Part shown: piece after piece, positions 32,001 to 41,920 of the stretch
How the letters are laid out: the number at the start of each line of letters is the position of its first letter
Position numbering within the stretch: the stretch's first letter is position 1
From: a candidate division FCPU426 bacterium
GTDB lineage: Bacteria; Oederibacteriota; Muellerivitia; Muellerivitales; Muellerivitaceae
Assembly: GCA_963847625.1 (NCBI GenBank)
Contig: CAWKAR010000028.1
Coordinates: 108,834-172,833 of the forward strand
DNA length: 64,000 bases
Direction: 5' to 3'
Program-made: the position numbers and the translations under genes
Notes under the pieces: generated by a model
Told to the model about the DNA's origin: nothing
Database searches by the model: none
What the model saw: only the letters and a program-made list of their open reading frames with translations

Positions 32001-33487
32001 TAAACCAGGGCACTTCCTGTGGCATTCACTTCTGTCACAAAAATATCCGGAAGTCCCCCGGAAGCTGTCTGGTAGGCCCCACTGGTCGTGGGGAAATTCG
32101 TGGAACCGGTTTCCCCCGTCACATAAGCATTTCCTGATCCATCCACCGCGATGCCATAACCTATATTTCCGCCCAGACAGGTCGAATAGGCCAGGGTGCT
32201 TCCATCGATACTCAATTTCGTTACAAAAACGTTCTCAGAGCTGGAGGATGCCTGAAAGGCGCCACTGGTCGTAGGGAATATTCCAAAGGTTATTCCAGTC
32301 ACATAAGCGTACCCTCCCCCATCGACCGCGATAGCATAGCCACGAGCGCCCCCGCTACCTCCAAGGTAGGTTGAATAAAGCAGCTCACTTCCATCGGCAC
32401 TCAGTTTCGTCACAAATGCGTTTGCATTTTCACTACCGCCACCAATAACTGTTTGATAAGCCCCATTGGTTGTTGGAAAATTTTCAATGGTTGCGGGTAC
32501 ACTTCCGGTTGTTTCTCCAGTTACATAAGGGTACCCTGAGCCATCCACTGCAATGCCATAGCCCCAATCCTGGCCGCCCCCACCCAAGTATGTCGAATAA
32601 TCCAATTGGGGATCGATGACCAGGGGAAGGGTTTTGTCATAATTCCCCATTTCAAATCCAATTTTCCCATCCCTCTTGATTTTGTAGGCACCATCGATTT
32701 TGGTTTTTCCCACTCCCTGTTCTTGGTAAACAACCGGAGCCTTGAAAGCCACATCCCCTTGGGCCATGTGGAAAATCAGGTTTCCTTGGCCGTCCACTTC
32801 CGAGCTCTTGGCGCCATGATAACTGAGGCCAATTACACTTGGGTCCGCGCCCGGCTTTACCTCGAAGTCGTACTCTAACTTTCTCTGAGCGCCGTAATAC
32901 ACCATGTCGATGCCGGGATAGACATCTTTCATCTTCACTTTGGTGTAATTGGGAATGTTGGTGTGCCACTTGGTAGGATCGTTTCCGATGAAGTAATTGC
33001 TCTTCCCTTCCGCCTTATCCACCCCCTCGAATTCAGCCAAACGGTTCCCGCCTTCAAGCTTCAGTCGCAAAACCTCGGATGGATTAGTTTGGAGTGAAGA
33101 CCTAGGAGTTCGGAGTTTAGGGTCAAAACCTTTAAACTTGTTTAGGGAGTGATTGGGATCCCCACGTTTCAATACATACACCGCCTCAGCGGGCGTGATG
33201 AATAGAGAGTAGCCGCTCCCCCGGGAGAGGAACTTCACTTGGGGATCAAGTTGTCCTTCGTTAGGCTCGAAATAAAGAGGAATTTTTCCATAATTCTGGT
33301 TTAGTTTCATAAGCGCGGCTTGATTGGGCTGGGCAACTTTGGAAGAGACTTGTGATTTTTTCGGGGTGGAAGAAGAATTTTTCTGGTTGGTGTTAGCCAA
33401 ACCCAAACCAAATACAAGCATGATGCCGGCCAATAGACCTGCATTTAATAACCGCAACTTATAGCGCGATACTTTCAACAGGGTCAT
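29012..33487 (-). CDS. SBBP-repeat surface protein with NHL-like propeller, ZU5-like domain and class-B CTD
   Basis: Start moved to ATG 33487 by alignment with the 22055 paralogue (RLLNAGLL). SBBP repeats, VEIPAGDL...TTHFS domain, ending PPYPNP...ADGLYYLRV...KILKVLVLR. Confidence 0.9.
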   Translation of the reverse strand: MTLLKVSRYKLRLLNAGLLAGIMLVFGLGLANTNQKNSSSTPKKSQVSSKVAQPNQAALMKLNQNYGKIPLYFEPNEGQLDPQVKFLSRGSGYSLFITPAEAVYVLKRGDPNHSLNKFKGFDPKLRTPRSSLQTNPSEVLRLKLEGGNRLAEFEGVDKAEGKSNYFIGNDPTKWHTNIPNYTKVKMKDVYPGIDMVYYGAQRKLEYDFEVKPGADPSVIGLSYHGAKSSEVDGQGNLIFHMAQGDVAFKAPVVYQEQGVGKTKIDGAYKIKRDGKIGFEMGNYDKTLPLVIDPQLDYSTYLGGGGQDWGYGIAVDGSGYPYVTGETTGSVPATIENFPTTNGAYQTVIGGGSENANAFVTKLSADGSELLYSTYLGGSGGARGYAIAVDGGGYAYVTGITFGIFPTTSGAFQASSSSENVFVTKLSIDGSTLAYSTCLGGNIGYGIAVDGSGNAYVTGETGSTNFPTTSGAYQTASGGLPDIFVTEVNATGSALVYSTFLGGYDQGNAIALDGSGNIYVTGYNLGDFPTTSGAFQTAYSGGTSVYPYDAFVAKLNPAGGGASDLVYSTYLGGSGADQGNGIAVDGSGNAYVTGYTTSTDFPTTSGAYQTVYGGGSETAFVTKLNATGSTLLYSTYLGGNVEDSGQGIAVDGFGNAYVTGSTSSANFPATSGAYQTVYGGSGNAFVVKLNVLGIALVYSTYLGGNEGVNGQGIALDSSGNVYVAGYTQADFPATSGADQTVFGGFWDAFITKFDVTGFYTPTFTPWPTGVPTWTFTDTPTITLTSTITLTPTITNTPTITSTPTNTPTLTDTPTTTDTPIATITSTPTITPTSTDSSTPTITPSPTETFLPGCCQLASPWTSPSFADGSGAAGVAVDTSRGRVYVPDDYADTLMVLDYTGAPVTTYLVEDAFSVAVGTCAYDGVYVARRDDETVSKLDANGNVLWTSVDLTEALRGINVDNLGNVYTYSDDGSIFELDNNGNLKTTLTGSGTLGGLNAPSGALKVGLNLYVADTVNNRIVLFTETGVNSYSYTMASNIVASMSTPYGMARDGAGNIYVTNYENNGYLIFTNNGATWSQTGSCALTQMYGAFGVALDETGALYTAASDTNLVVKISPCPFYPQPTLTPCAPMNTPTITNTPTCTSTPTPWPTGVPTWTFTDTPINTITPTPTSTNTPTVTSGIFTWTPTFTLTNTLIPTIDPSITQTNTNTPTPTITSDPGTVTSTFTPTATPIDVAAQVVNASAPATVAVSNGTGVEIPAGDLTTAATITVSETSSSTAPPVSSFEILGNVYTFTSSAGATFNTPVTLVFTYDPSQIPAGKTASQLQVLYYDTASSSWVTVSAALNTANDTLTVVTTHFSMWTVVAPLPLTATPTNTLTRTPALSAYTPTLTLTPAVTGVVVGPPYPNPNQGGPVSINVQGPTGTTFTCDVYTTAFRKVDGFSQKVSGNGTLSWDLKDMDGIPVADGLYYLRVKAVAGGTTSVKILKVLVLR

Positions 33488-33907
33488 TGATCCGTCCAGG
33501 GTGAGGAAGATATAGTTAATTTTCCCACGATCTTTATAAAAAGGGCGTTTCTTTCCACACCCTCTAGACGGCAAAATGGCCGATTTAATCCAAAAATAAT
33601 GCAAAAAAATGAGGCTAAAAAGGCCGGTTTTATTGGTTTTTTAGGATGAATATGGGTTTTGAGATTCTTGAAAAGCAGATCCATCGAAAAACGAACACTT
33701 CGATACGCTTCGCTACTCAGTGCAGGCTTGGGGTCGCCACGCTCCTAAGCGCGCCGATTGGGGCTGCTCCTCGCATGCCGACCTACCATTAAGCTTTTAA
33801 TGAGGTCGGTATCGTACCGATCTCAATTTATCTTTATAGATGATCGGCACAATGACAGCTTAGACCGAATCGCGAAGTCGGGGGGCAAAGTACGGACAAA
33901 AACCTGG

Positions 33908-36724
33908 TCACTTAATCAGGATGATCCTCTTCCACTTTGTTTCCAAGGGCTCGGAAAGCTTGAGCAAATAAACCCCGCTGGCGCAGGGGTCGTTAAACTT
34001 GTTCGTCCCGTCCCAAAAGTAGGTTTGGGTATAAGAGGACTCAAGATATTGGTCGTCCAGGGTTTTGATATGCTCCCCGGCCGAGTTGTAAATTTTCAGG
34101 GAAAAGGGGCCCGGGAAGGAGGAATTGCCGACGTAAATGGAAACCGGGCCCTGGCCTGGTTGCAGCAGGTTCTTATCGACATAAAAAACGTTAAAATAAG
34201 GAAGGGGGGTGTTTGTCACGGTCGGCGTGAACGTCACCGTGGGAGTATCCGTGATGGTTGGCGACAGGGTGATAGTCGGAGTATTGGTCATGGTCGGAGT
34301 ATTGGTTGGCGTAGCCGTAGGCGTAGCGGTGAGGGATGCCGTAGGCGTCATCGAATCCGTCGGGGTCAGTGTAACGGTGGGACTATCCGTCACAGTAGGT
34401 GTATTCGTAATGGTAGGAGTATTCGTAAAGGTTGGCGTTGATGTCGGCGAAGCTGTAGGCGTAGCGGTGAGGGATGCCGTAGGCGTCATCGAATCCGTCG
34501 GCGTGGGGGTATTAAAGGCAGTCACGTCAAACTTCGCCACAAAAGCGTCCCCGCTTCCGCCATAAGCCGTCTGATTGGCCCCGCTGGTCGTTGGAAAATT
34601 CCCGTTGGTATATCCTGTCACATAGGCATTTCCCGACCCATCCACCGCGATGCTTTGGCCATAATCGGTGTCGTTCCCGCCCAGATACGTCGAATAGGAC
34701 AAAGCGTTCCCCGTGGCGTTCAGTTTCACCACGAAAGCGTCATAAAAACCGCCAGCGTAGGCTGATTGAAAAGCCCCGCCGGTCGTGGGGAAATTTCCGC
34801 TGGTTTCACCCGTCACATAAGCGTTCCCCGATCCGTCCACCGCGACGCCATAGGCTTCATCGTCCCCGCTCCCGCCCAGATAGGTCGAATAGGCCAGGGC
34901 GCTTCCCAAAGCATTCACTTTCGCCACAAACGCATCCGCGGTACCCCCGCCGAAAACCGTCTGGTAGGCTCCGCCGGCCATGGGAAAATTTCCGGTGCTT
35001 AACCCAGTCACATAAGCGTTTCCCGACCCATCCACCGCGATACCCCGGGCCGTGACAGAAGCGCTCCCGCCCAGATAGGTCGAATAAGCCAGGGCGCTTC
35101 CCAAGGCATTCAGTTTCACCACAAACGCGTCCGAGATACCGCCCCCGTAAGCCGTCTGGCAGGCCCCGCCGGTCGTGTGGAAACTTCCGGTGGTATATCC
35201 CGTCACATAAGCGTTCCCCGACCCATCCACGGCGATGGCATTGCCTTGATCGTCCGACGGCCCGCCCAGGTAAGTTGAATAGACCGGGACGCCCGCGGCA
35301 TTCAATTCCGCCACAAAAGCGTCATAACCGCCGCCATAAACCGTCTGATAGGCCCCGCTGGTCGCGGGAAAACCACCGGAAGTCACTCCCGTAATATAAG
35401 CGTTCCCGGAACCATCCAACGCGATGCCATTGCCCCAGTCGTTCCCGTTCCCGCCCAGGTAAGTCGAATAGACCAGGGCGTTTCCCGCCGCATTCAGCTC
35501 CGCCACAAAAGCGTCCTCACCGCCTCCCCCGTAAGCCGCCTGGTAGGCCCCGCCGGTGGTGGGAAAACTTCCGGTGGTCGATCCCGTGATATAAGCGTTT
35601 CCGGCCCCGTCCACCGCGATGCCGTTGCCCCAATCGTTCCCGCTTCCGCCCAGATAGGTCGAATAAACCACCGCGTTGCCCGAGGAATTCAGTTTCACCA
35701 CAAAAGCGTCCTCCGTGCCGCCGAAAGCCGTCTGTTCGGCCCCGCCGGTCGTGGGAAAATTCCCGGTGGTGTAACCCGTCACATAAGCGTTCCCCGGGCC
35801 ATCCAACGCAATGCCATTGCTCCGATCGCCGCCGGTCCCGCCCAGATAGGTCGAATAATCCAATACCGGGTCGATCACCAGGGGAAGGGCCTTGTCGTAA
35901 ACCCCCAGCTTAAATCCAACCTGCCCATGCCCCTTTAACGAGTAGCGGCCCTCCACTGATATCCGTTGGCTGTTCTTCATTTGGTACGCTACTGGAGCCC
36001 TAAAGGCCACTTCCCCTTGGGCCATATGGAAAATCAAGTTCCCTTGGCCGTCCACTTCCGCTTTGTGGGCACCCTGGTAGCTGAATCCGATCACGTTCGT
36101 ATCAGCCCCTGGAGAAACCACAAAGTCGTACTCGAGTTTTCCCTGTGCGCCGTAATACACCATGTCGATGCCGGGATAGACGCCCCTCATCTTCACTTTG
36201 GAGTAGCGGGCAATATTGGTTCGCCACTTGGAACGGTCATTCCCGATGAAGTAATTGCTCCTCCCGCCTGCCTCTTCCATCCCCTCGAATTCGGACTTCC
36301 GGTTCCCACCCTCGAACCTCAAGCGCAAAACCTCATGAGAGGCAGTTAGGAGTGAGGAGTGAGGAGTTAGGAGTGAAGAATGATTGAAATGGCCACTTTT
36401 CAACACAAACACCGCCTCGGCGGGCGTCAGGTAAAGGGCATAGCCATTTCCACGGGATACAAACCGCACTTGTGGGTCGTATTGGCCCTGGTTGGGCTCG
36501 AAGGAAAGCGGAATGCGCCCGTAATTCCGGTTGATTTTCAGAAGCGCGGCCTGATCCAGCAGGGCAATTCCGGAAAAAACACGGGATTTCTTCGGGGAGA
36601 GGGAAAAACTCTTGCCAATCCGGTTCACTTGGCTGGTGGGAACCAAACCCATTCCAAAAACCGTGATGACGCAGGCAAAAAAACCAGGGTAAAAAAGCCG
36701 GATTCTATTCCGGAATACATTCAT
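33908..36724 (-). CDS. SBBP-repeat surface protein with PT linker and class-A CTD
   Basis: Regular SBBP repeats, PT linker with duplicated [18 protein letters not shown], ending [16 protein letters not shown]...KRIILIK. Confidence 0.9.
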   Translation of the reverse strand: MNVFRNRIRLFYPGFFACVITVFGMGLVPTSQVNRIGKSFSLSPKKSRVFSGIALLDQAALLKINRNYGRIPLSFEPNQGQYDPQVRFVSRGNGYALYLTPAEAVFVLKSGHFNHSSLLTPHSSLLTASHEVLRLRFEGGNRKSEFEGMEEAGGRSNYFIGNDRSKWRTNIARYSKVKMRGVYPGIDMVYYGAQGKLEYDFVVSPGADTNVIGFSYQGAHKAEVDGQGNLIFHMAQGEVAFRAPVAYQMKNSQRISVEGRYSLKGHGQVGFKLGVYDKALPLVIDPVLDYSTYLGGTGGDRSNGIALDGPGNAYVTGYTTGNFPTTGGAEQTAFGGTEDAFVVKLNSSGNAVVYSTYLGGSGNDWGNGIAVDGAGNAYITGSTTGSFPTTGGAYQAAYGGGGEDAFVAELNAAGNALVYSTYLGGNGNDWGNGIALDGSGNAYITGVTSGGFPATSGAYQTVYGGGYDAFVAELNAAGVPVYSTYLGGPSDDQGNAIAVDGSGNAYVTGYTTGSFHTTGGACQTAYGGGISDAFVVKLNALGSALAYSTYLGGSASVTARGIAVDGSGNAYVTGLSTGNFPMAGGAYQTVFGGGTADAFVAKVNALGSALAYSTYLGGSGDDEAYGVAVDGSGNAYVTGETSGNFPTTGGAFQSAYAGGFYDAFVVKLNATGNALSYSTYLGGNDTDYGQSIAVDGSGNAYVTGYTNGNFPTTSGANQTAYGGSGDAFVAKFDVTAFNTPTPTDSMTPTASLTATPTASPTSTPTFTNTPTITNTPTVTDSPTVTLTPTDSMTPTASLTATPTATPTNTPTMTNTPTITLSPTITDTPTVTFTPTVTNTPLPYFNVFYVDKNLLQPGQGPVSIYVGNSSFPGPFSLKIYNSAGEHIKTLDDQYLESSYTQTYFWDGTNKFNDPCASGVYLLKLSEPLETKWKRIILIK

Positions 36725-36769
36725 TTTTATTCCATTTATAGGAAGTGGGAACGCCTGGATAAAACCCGG

Positions 36770-39592
36770 TTATCTGATGAGGATGACCTTCTTCAACTTG
36801 GTTGCATAGGGCTCACCCAGCTTGAATATATAAACCCCGCTGGCGCATTCGTCGTTGAACTTGTTCGTCCCGTCCCAATGATAGGACTGGACATAGGAAT
36901 AATCGAGGTAGCGTTCGTCCAGGGTTTTGATATGTTCCCCGGCCGAGTTGTAAATTTTCAGGGAATAAGGGCCTGGATAAGCGGAATTGGCCACGAAAAT
37001 GGAAACCGGGCCCTGGTCAGGGTTGAACACGTTCTTGTCGATGTAAAAAGCGTCGAAATACGGAATAGGGGTGTAGGTCTCGGTCGGAGTGAACGTCACC
37101 GTGGGGGTAGGGGTATTCGTCAACGTTGGGGTAACGGTCGGCGTGCTGGTCATCGTGGGCGTGGGAGTGGGGGTCGGAGTCGGGGTAGATGTGTTGGTGA
37201 CCGTCGGAGTGGGTGTCAGCGTGGGGGAATTGGTATCGGTCGGCGTCGGGGTAACGGTCGGCGTGTTGGTCGGGGTGCGGGTGGCAGTGGGGCTTGAGGT
37301 CTGGGTGGGAGTGCTGGTGATTGTCGGTGTGGACGTCACCGTGGAACTGACAGTGTTCGTTGGCGTCGGGGTTACGGTGGGTGTATTCGTCGTCGTGCGG
37401 GTGGCAGTGGGGGTTGAAGTCTGGGTGGAAGTATCCGTTACCGTCGGGGTCAGCGTCACCGTGGGGGTTGAGGTTGGAGTGGGAGAGTTGGTCGGTGAAT
37501 TGGAGGGTGTGAGAGTCGGGGTGTTCGTGGGGGTGTTGCATTGCATCATCGCCGTCACCGCGTTGGAAGTGACCGCCGCGTCGCCATCGGCGGTGATGGC
37601 GGCCTGGTTGACATAGGTCGCGGAACCGGAAGTCGCGCAGTTGACCGTACCCCACCAGGTAACGGCACCCTGAAGATTGTAATTGGTGCCCGGGAAGGAC
37701 CATTTCAGGGTGCTTCCCGTCTGGGAGAAGTTGACGGTCCCGCCCCCAATGGTGACACCGGCGTTGGACTCGTTATGGCCCCCCGGGAAGGTGATCCCCA
37801 CGGGAATCACATCCGTAAGAACGGTATTATTCACTTGATCGGCGGTCTCCATTTTTAAATTGGAATAATAGTCAGGGGCCGCCGTCGCGTCCGACTGCCA
37901 GCCTTGCTGCCAAGTCCCCGAGCAGAGGTTCGAAAATGGCGAGTTGTCCGTGTAAACATAGACATCGTACAGGGATGGGTTTCCCCTCTGCCAAACATAC
38001 TCCGCGATGACCACCGATCCGGCAGAGACCGTCATGACGGCCCTGACCGTGTACCAGACGCCCGCCTGGATCGTGACCGGCTGGGGATAAGTGGTAATGC
38101 CGCCCGTTGCCGGGTTACAACTGCCGCTGCACGCGTTTCTCTGGATAAAGATGTAACCGGGGTTGTTGTCCACGGATATTCCCGCGAAATAGGCCTGGGT
38201 CACCCCCCCATTGATGTTATAAGCCAGGACCATATGAGCGTCGGCGGCGGCTGAGGCTCCTTGAGCCCCTTGGGCGGTCACGGGAATCTGCATATCGCCT
38301 TCCTCAACATAAGTCCCGGGGCATAAGTTAACGCCGCCCGGCCGCAAATAAAGCGGATAATCCCCGCCGTTCGTGGCGTAATTTGAATTCGCTAAAAGAT
38401 AATGATTCCCCTGGGTGTCGGACTCGACCGTAAAACCGCCGGTCGTCTGGCTGGGAATATCCTGGTAGGCGAACCCGTCATAGGTGGTTCCCCCCTCGAC
38501 GGTGCCGGTCGTGTCGTTATCGTAAGAATCATAATACTGCAGGCTGAAACCGTTGACGCTGTAGGCCAGGGCATAGGTGACGGCCTGACCGCTCGTGAGC
38601 TGGCCGCCGGAAGGGATCTGGGACTTGACCAGCGAGAACCCCCCGCCGCCAATCGTCGAGTTGGCGATATTAGAGGTTTGGGAAACTACCGTACCATTCA
38701 GGCTGAAATTCGCCGTGTTGCTGATGGTCCCGCTGGTTTCGTTGACCCTGGCCAGGAACCAAGCCTGCCCCTGCACTTCCGTCGAACCGCCCGGAACCGT
38801 CCAGGTCAGCAGTGACCCGGGCGTCGTGCCGGACATGGATGTCCCCGTGGGGGCCCCCGGCCCCATTTGAACCACCGTAACGCCATTGGGCACCGTATCA
38901 GTGACCGTCCCCCCGCTGGTGTCGTTCACGAAATCATAATTGATCGTGAACAGCACCAGATCGCCGTTGGCCGCGCTTCCCCCTTCGGCGGTCTTCTGGA
39001 CCGAGAGGATGGTGGGGGGCGGAATCGGAACGGTGAAAGAGAGGGCGTATTCCCCCGAAACGGAGGTGTTCCCGCCATAACCCTGCTGGGGTTGTTGTCC
39101 GCACTGGATGTTGTACATCCCCCCCTCGACGATCAGGTTATAGGCGCCGCCGTAACCCGCGTCGGAGGGCATGGTCAGGTTCCAAACGATTTGCTTTCCG
39201 CAAACCCAGTTGTTACTGCTGGGGTTGTCCGCAATTCCCGTGTACCCGATGTTGCTGGTACTGGAAGGGTTGACTTCGTCAACATTGATACCATCATTGT
39301 CAACCAGGAATTCCTGCCCTTTGACGGGGCAGCTTCCCACCGTGGTCGCCAGGCTGCTGACAGCCACCGTCCACTTGGAATTGCCGTAACCGTTGATGCA
39401 ATAGTTGATGGTAAGGGTAAAGTTCTGGTTCGCCGCAGGGCTAGCCGGGTTCATCGCCACGCTGACAATGGAGACCCCTTGTTGGGCTTGGGCCTGGACG
39501 GCCGGCAGTGAGCAAACCACCAGCAAAAACAAAAACCTCGCCCATCTGCCGCGAACGGCTCTAAAGGACAAAATGGATTTTGAGATCACCAT
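36770..39592 (-). CDS. Secreted DUF11-like repeat protein with PT linker and class-A CTD
   Basis: Signal peptide ending [22 protein letters not shown] and LTDVIP..YVNQA motifs, about 155-aa PT linker, [16 protein letters not shown]...KKVILIR. Confidence 0.85.
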   Translation of the reverse strand: MVISKSILSFRAVRGRWARFLFLLVVCSLPAVQAQAQQGVSIVSVAMNPASPAANQNFTLTINYCINGYGNSKWTVAVSSLATTVGSCPVKGQEFLVDNDGINVDEVNPSSTSNIGYTGIADNPSSNNWVCGKQIVWNLTMPSDAGYGGAYNLIVEGGMYNIQCGQQPQQGYGGNTSVSGEYALSFTVPIPPPTILSVQKTAEGGSAANGDLVLFTINYDFVNDTSGGTVTDTVPNGVTVVQMGPGAPTGTSMSGTTPGSLLTWTVPGGSTEVQGQAWFLARVNETSGTISNTANFSLNGTVVSQTSNIANSTIGGGGFSLVKSQIPSGGQLTSGQAVTYALAYSVNGFSLQYYDSYDNDTTGTVEGGTTYDGFAYQDIPSQTTGGFTVESDTQGNHYLLANSNYATNGGDYPLYLRPGGVNLCPGTYVEEGDMQIPVTAQGAQGASAAADAHMVLAYNINGGVTQAYFAGISVDNNPGYIFIQRNACSGSCNPATGGITTYPQPVTIQAGVWYTVRAVMTVSAGSVVIAEYVWQRGNPSLYDVYVYTDNSPFSNLCSGTWQQGWQSDATAAPDYYSNLKMETADQVNNTVLTDVIPVGITFPGGHNESNAGVTIGGGTVNFSQTGSTLKWSFPGTNYNLQGAVTWWGTVNCATSGSATYVNQAAITADGDAAVTSNAVTAMMQCNTPTNTPTLTPSNSPTNSPTPTSTPTVTLTPTVTDTSTQTSTPTATRTTTNTPTVTPTPTNTVSSTVTSTPTITSTPTQTSSPTATRTPTNTPTVTPTPTDTNSPTLTPTPTVTNTSTPTPTPTPTPTMTSTPTVTPTLTNTPTPTVTFTPTETYTPIPYFDAFYIDKNVFNPDQGPVSIFVANSAYPGPYSLKIYNSAGEHIKTLDERYLDYSYVQSYHWDGTNKFNDECASGVYIFKLGEPYATKLKKVILIR

Positions 39593-39789
39593 GGATTGAA
39601 CCGCCGAAAAGTTGGAAAAAATTTATTGATGAATCCCCTTAATTTTAACGCAAAAATAGGCCCCTAAACAGCTAAACCAAGGTTTGAAAAAATCATGCCT
39701 GACAAAGGTTCGAATGAAAGGGGGGGAACGCCGAAAGCGGTTTCTTAATGATTATTTTCGGTCTTTACTCGCGCGGACCTTCATGCGGC

Positions 39790-40533
39790 TCAAACGAATA
39801 TCCGAAGCCATTCCAGGAAGGCCTCCGGATGCTTGAAACGCAGGTCACAAAACCTGTCCGGGATGCGGTTCCCCACGGCCACCTTCAACCCTCTTTTTCC
39901 CATGGCCTTGAACACCGTCAGGTCGGTCAAGTCATCCCCGGCGAAGATGGGCAGGTGATCCGGGAATTTTTCAAGTATTTTCCGGACCGCCTTTCCCTTG
40001 GTGTAACCGCGGGGTATGGCCTCGATCATCTTTTTCCCCGCTTGAAAGGTCCAAAACCGTCCGGTCACAGCCTGGATATACAAACGGCGGAAGTCCCGGT
40101 GGAGAGACCTTTCCTTTTCCGGCGGCAGGTTCAATCTCCGGTAATGCAGGGTGGAGGAGAAAGGTTTGCGCTCGATATGGATTCCGGGATAACGTTCGGG
40201 CAGGACTTGGATGGCCTTCCAGAGGGCTGCCGCTTCCTTCCGATACCTGCGCTGGTGGGCGGGGGAAGCCAGCCGGATATTCCGCGGAAGGCGCCACCCC
40301 TCGAACCCGTGGGTCCCCGCGATGGATATTTCACCCAGCCGGGAAACCCTTCTCAGCCCCTCGGCATGCCGCCCGGTGATGAAAATGACGGGGTATTTCC
40401 CTATCAGTTTTTTCAGGAGCCCCCGTTTTTTGGGCGTCAGGTTGGAACGCTCCGGGTCGTGCGTGAAGTCCGTGAGGGTTCCGTCATAATCCAGAAGGAA
40501 CAGGATTTTTCGGCGCTTGTCCTGGTATTTCAA
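39790..40533 (-). CDS. otsB: Trehalose-6-phosphate phosphatase (HAD IIB)
   Basis: LDYDGTL, ITGR, GTHG, LHYR, KGKAV and GDDLTD motifs. Likely TTG start at 40533 after GAGGG; the ORF-track start overlaps the upstream gene. Confidence 0.85.
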   Translation of the reverse strand: MKYQDKRRKILFLLDYDGTLTDFTHDPERSNLTPKKRGLLKKLIGKYPVIFITGRHAEGLRRVSRLGEISIAGTHGFEGWRLPRNIRLASPAHQRRYRKEAAALWKAIQVLPERYPGIHIERKPFSSTLHYRRLNLPPEKERSLHRDFRRLYIQAVTGRFWTFQAGKKMIEAIPRGYTKGKAVRKILEKFPDHLPIFAGDDLTDLTVFKAMGKRGLKVAVGNRIPDRFCDLRFKHPEAFLEWLRIFV

Positions 40534-40543
40534 TGGAATGCCC

Positions 40544-41506
40544 TCACGGGATGAGGACGATCTTTCCGTAAGCTCCGGGCGCCATGACCGCCACATGGGC
40601 CAGGGGCGCGTCCTTGAGCGCGAATTCCCGCCCAATGACCGGTACCAGGGAACCGTTCTTGAGGCCCTTCGCCAGGTCTGAGTGGATTTTAGCCAGTTCC
40701 ACGGGCGCGGTGTTGGCCAGGGTCATTCCCCGGATGTCCGCGTCCCGGCCCATGGTTTCGCGCGGGTTGACCTCCACCGGACCGCGGCTTCCGATGACGA
40801 CCACCCTTCCCCTCTTGGCGAGGTAAGTCAGGTCTTTCCCGAGGTTCACGTTGGCCATCATCTCGAGGATGAGGTCCACACCCTTGCCGTCCGTGATTTT
40901 GGAAAGTTTGGCCCCGAAGTCCGGGTCGTGATGGTCCAGAACGTGGTGCGCGCCCAGTCTTTTCACCAGGGCCCGTCCCCCGTCGGTACCCGCGGTTCCG
41001 ATGACGGTGAGCTTGGCCCTCTTCGCCAATTGCACCGCGGCCGTTCCCACTCCCCCGCTGGCTCCGTGAACCAGGATGGTTTCCCCTTTTCGGGCTCCGC
41101 CCCGGCCGAAAAGCGCCCGGTGGGCCGTTCCATAGGGGATTCCCATGGCCGCTCCTTGCGTAAAGGTTACTTTCTTGGGGAGGGGATGCACGTTGTCCGA
41201 GGCCACCAGGGCTTTTTCCGCGTAGGAACCACCCATTGCCGCGTTGAAATAAACCCTGTCCCCCGGTTTGACACTCCTCACTCCCTTTCCAACTTCATCT
41301 ACGATGCCGGCGCCGTCGGCCCCCGGCGTATAGGAAAGAGGAACCAATACCGGGTAGGTGCCTGCCCGAATGTAAGTCTCGACCGGATTGACCCCGGCCG
41401 CTTTCACTAGGACCGTGGCCTGGCCGGGACCCGGTTTAGGATCAGGGACATCCTCCCATTTCATGACTTCAGGACCGCCGAATTGGTGTACCCGTATGGC
41501 TTTCAT
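40544..41506 (-). CDS. qor: NADPH:quinone reductase (zeta-crystallin/MDR family)
   Basis: MKAIRVHQFGGPEV, AAGVNPVE, ILVHGASGGVGTAAVQLA, GKIVL. Confidence 0.9.
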   Translation of the reverse strand: MKAIRVHQFGGPEVMKWEDVPDPKPGPGQATVLVKAAGVNPVETYIRAGTYPVLVPLSYTPGADGAGIVDEVGKGVRSVKPGDRVYFNAAMGGSYAEKALVASDNVHPLPKKVTFTQGAAMGIPYGTAHRALFGRGGARKGETILVHGASGGVGTAAVQLAKRAKLTVIGTAGTDGGRALVKRLGAHHVLDHHDPDFGAKLSKITDGKGVDLILEMMANVNLGKDLTYLAKRGRVVVIGSRGPVEVNPRETMGRDADIRGMTLANTAPVELAKIHSDLAKGLKNGSLVPVIGREFALKDAPLAHVAVMAPGAYGKIVLIP

Positions 41507-41920
41507 ACCTTCCCTCCCGACGCTTTTTTCCAATCACACACATAGACGATAACCAGCCGGTCAATAAAACAAACTCTTTTCTATTTTACCCGTTTCCAAG
41601 CGGTTTATCAGAATGCAGTGAAAGGATTTTCACAAAAAGGGTTATTATTTTCATCAGGAATTGTTTTATCCGCTTCCTAATACTATTTGGCGAGGGGATT
41701 TTCGTAGGCTCGCACGGGATTCCGGCTTTCGGGGTTGGAGAAATATTTAAACCCGGCGTAAGCCACCAGGGCCAGCAACGCGCCATAAAACAGGAATTCC
41801 AAAAAGCTCAAACCCTTTTGATCCTTCAATCGGTTCCATTTCATAATACTCTGGTCCTTTTCAGTTTCTCTACCGGAAATTCTTCCTTGTTTTTTCCTTT
41901 AATAAGTATAATAAATTTAC

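Noticed and set aside
13780..39592. Diversity-generating retroelement or shufflon acting on the CTD tails
   Set aside because: There is no reverse transcriptase or invertase in the window, the tails are in direct rather than inverted orientation, and differences are not visibly adenine-restricted.
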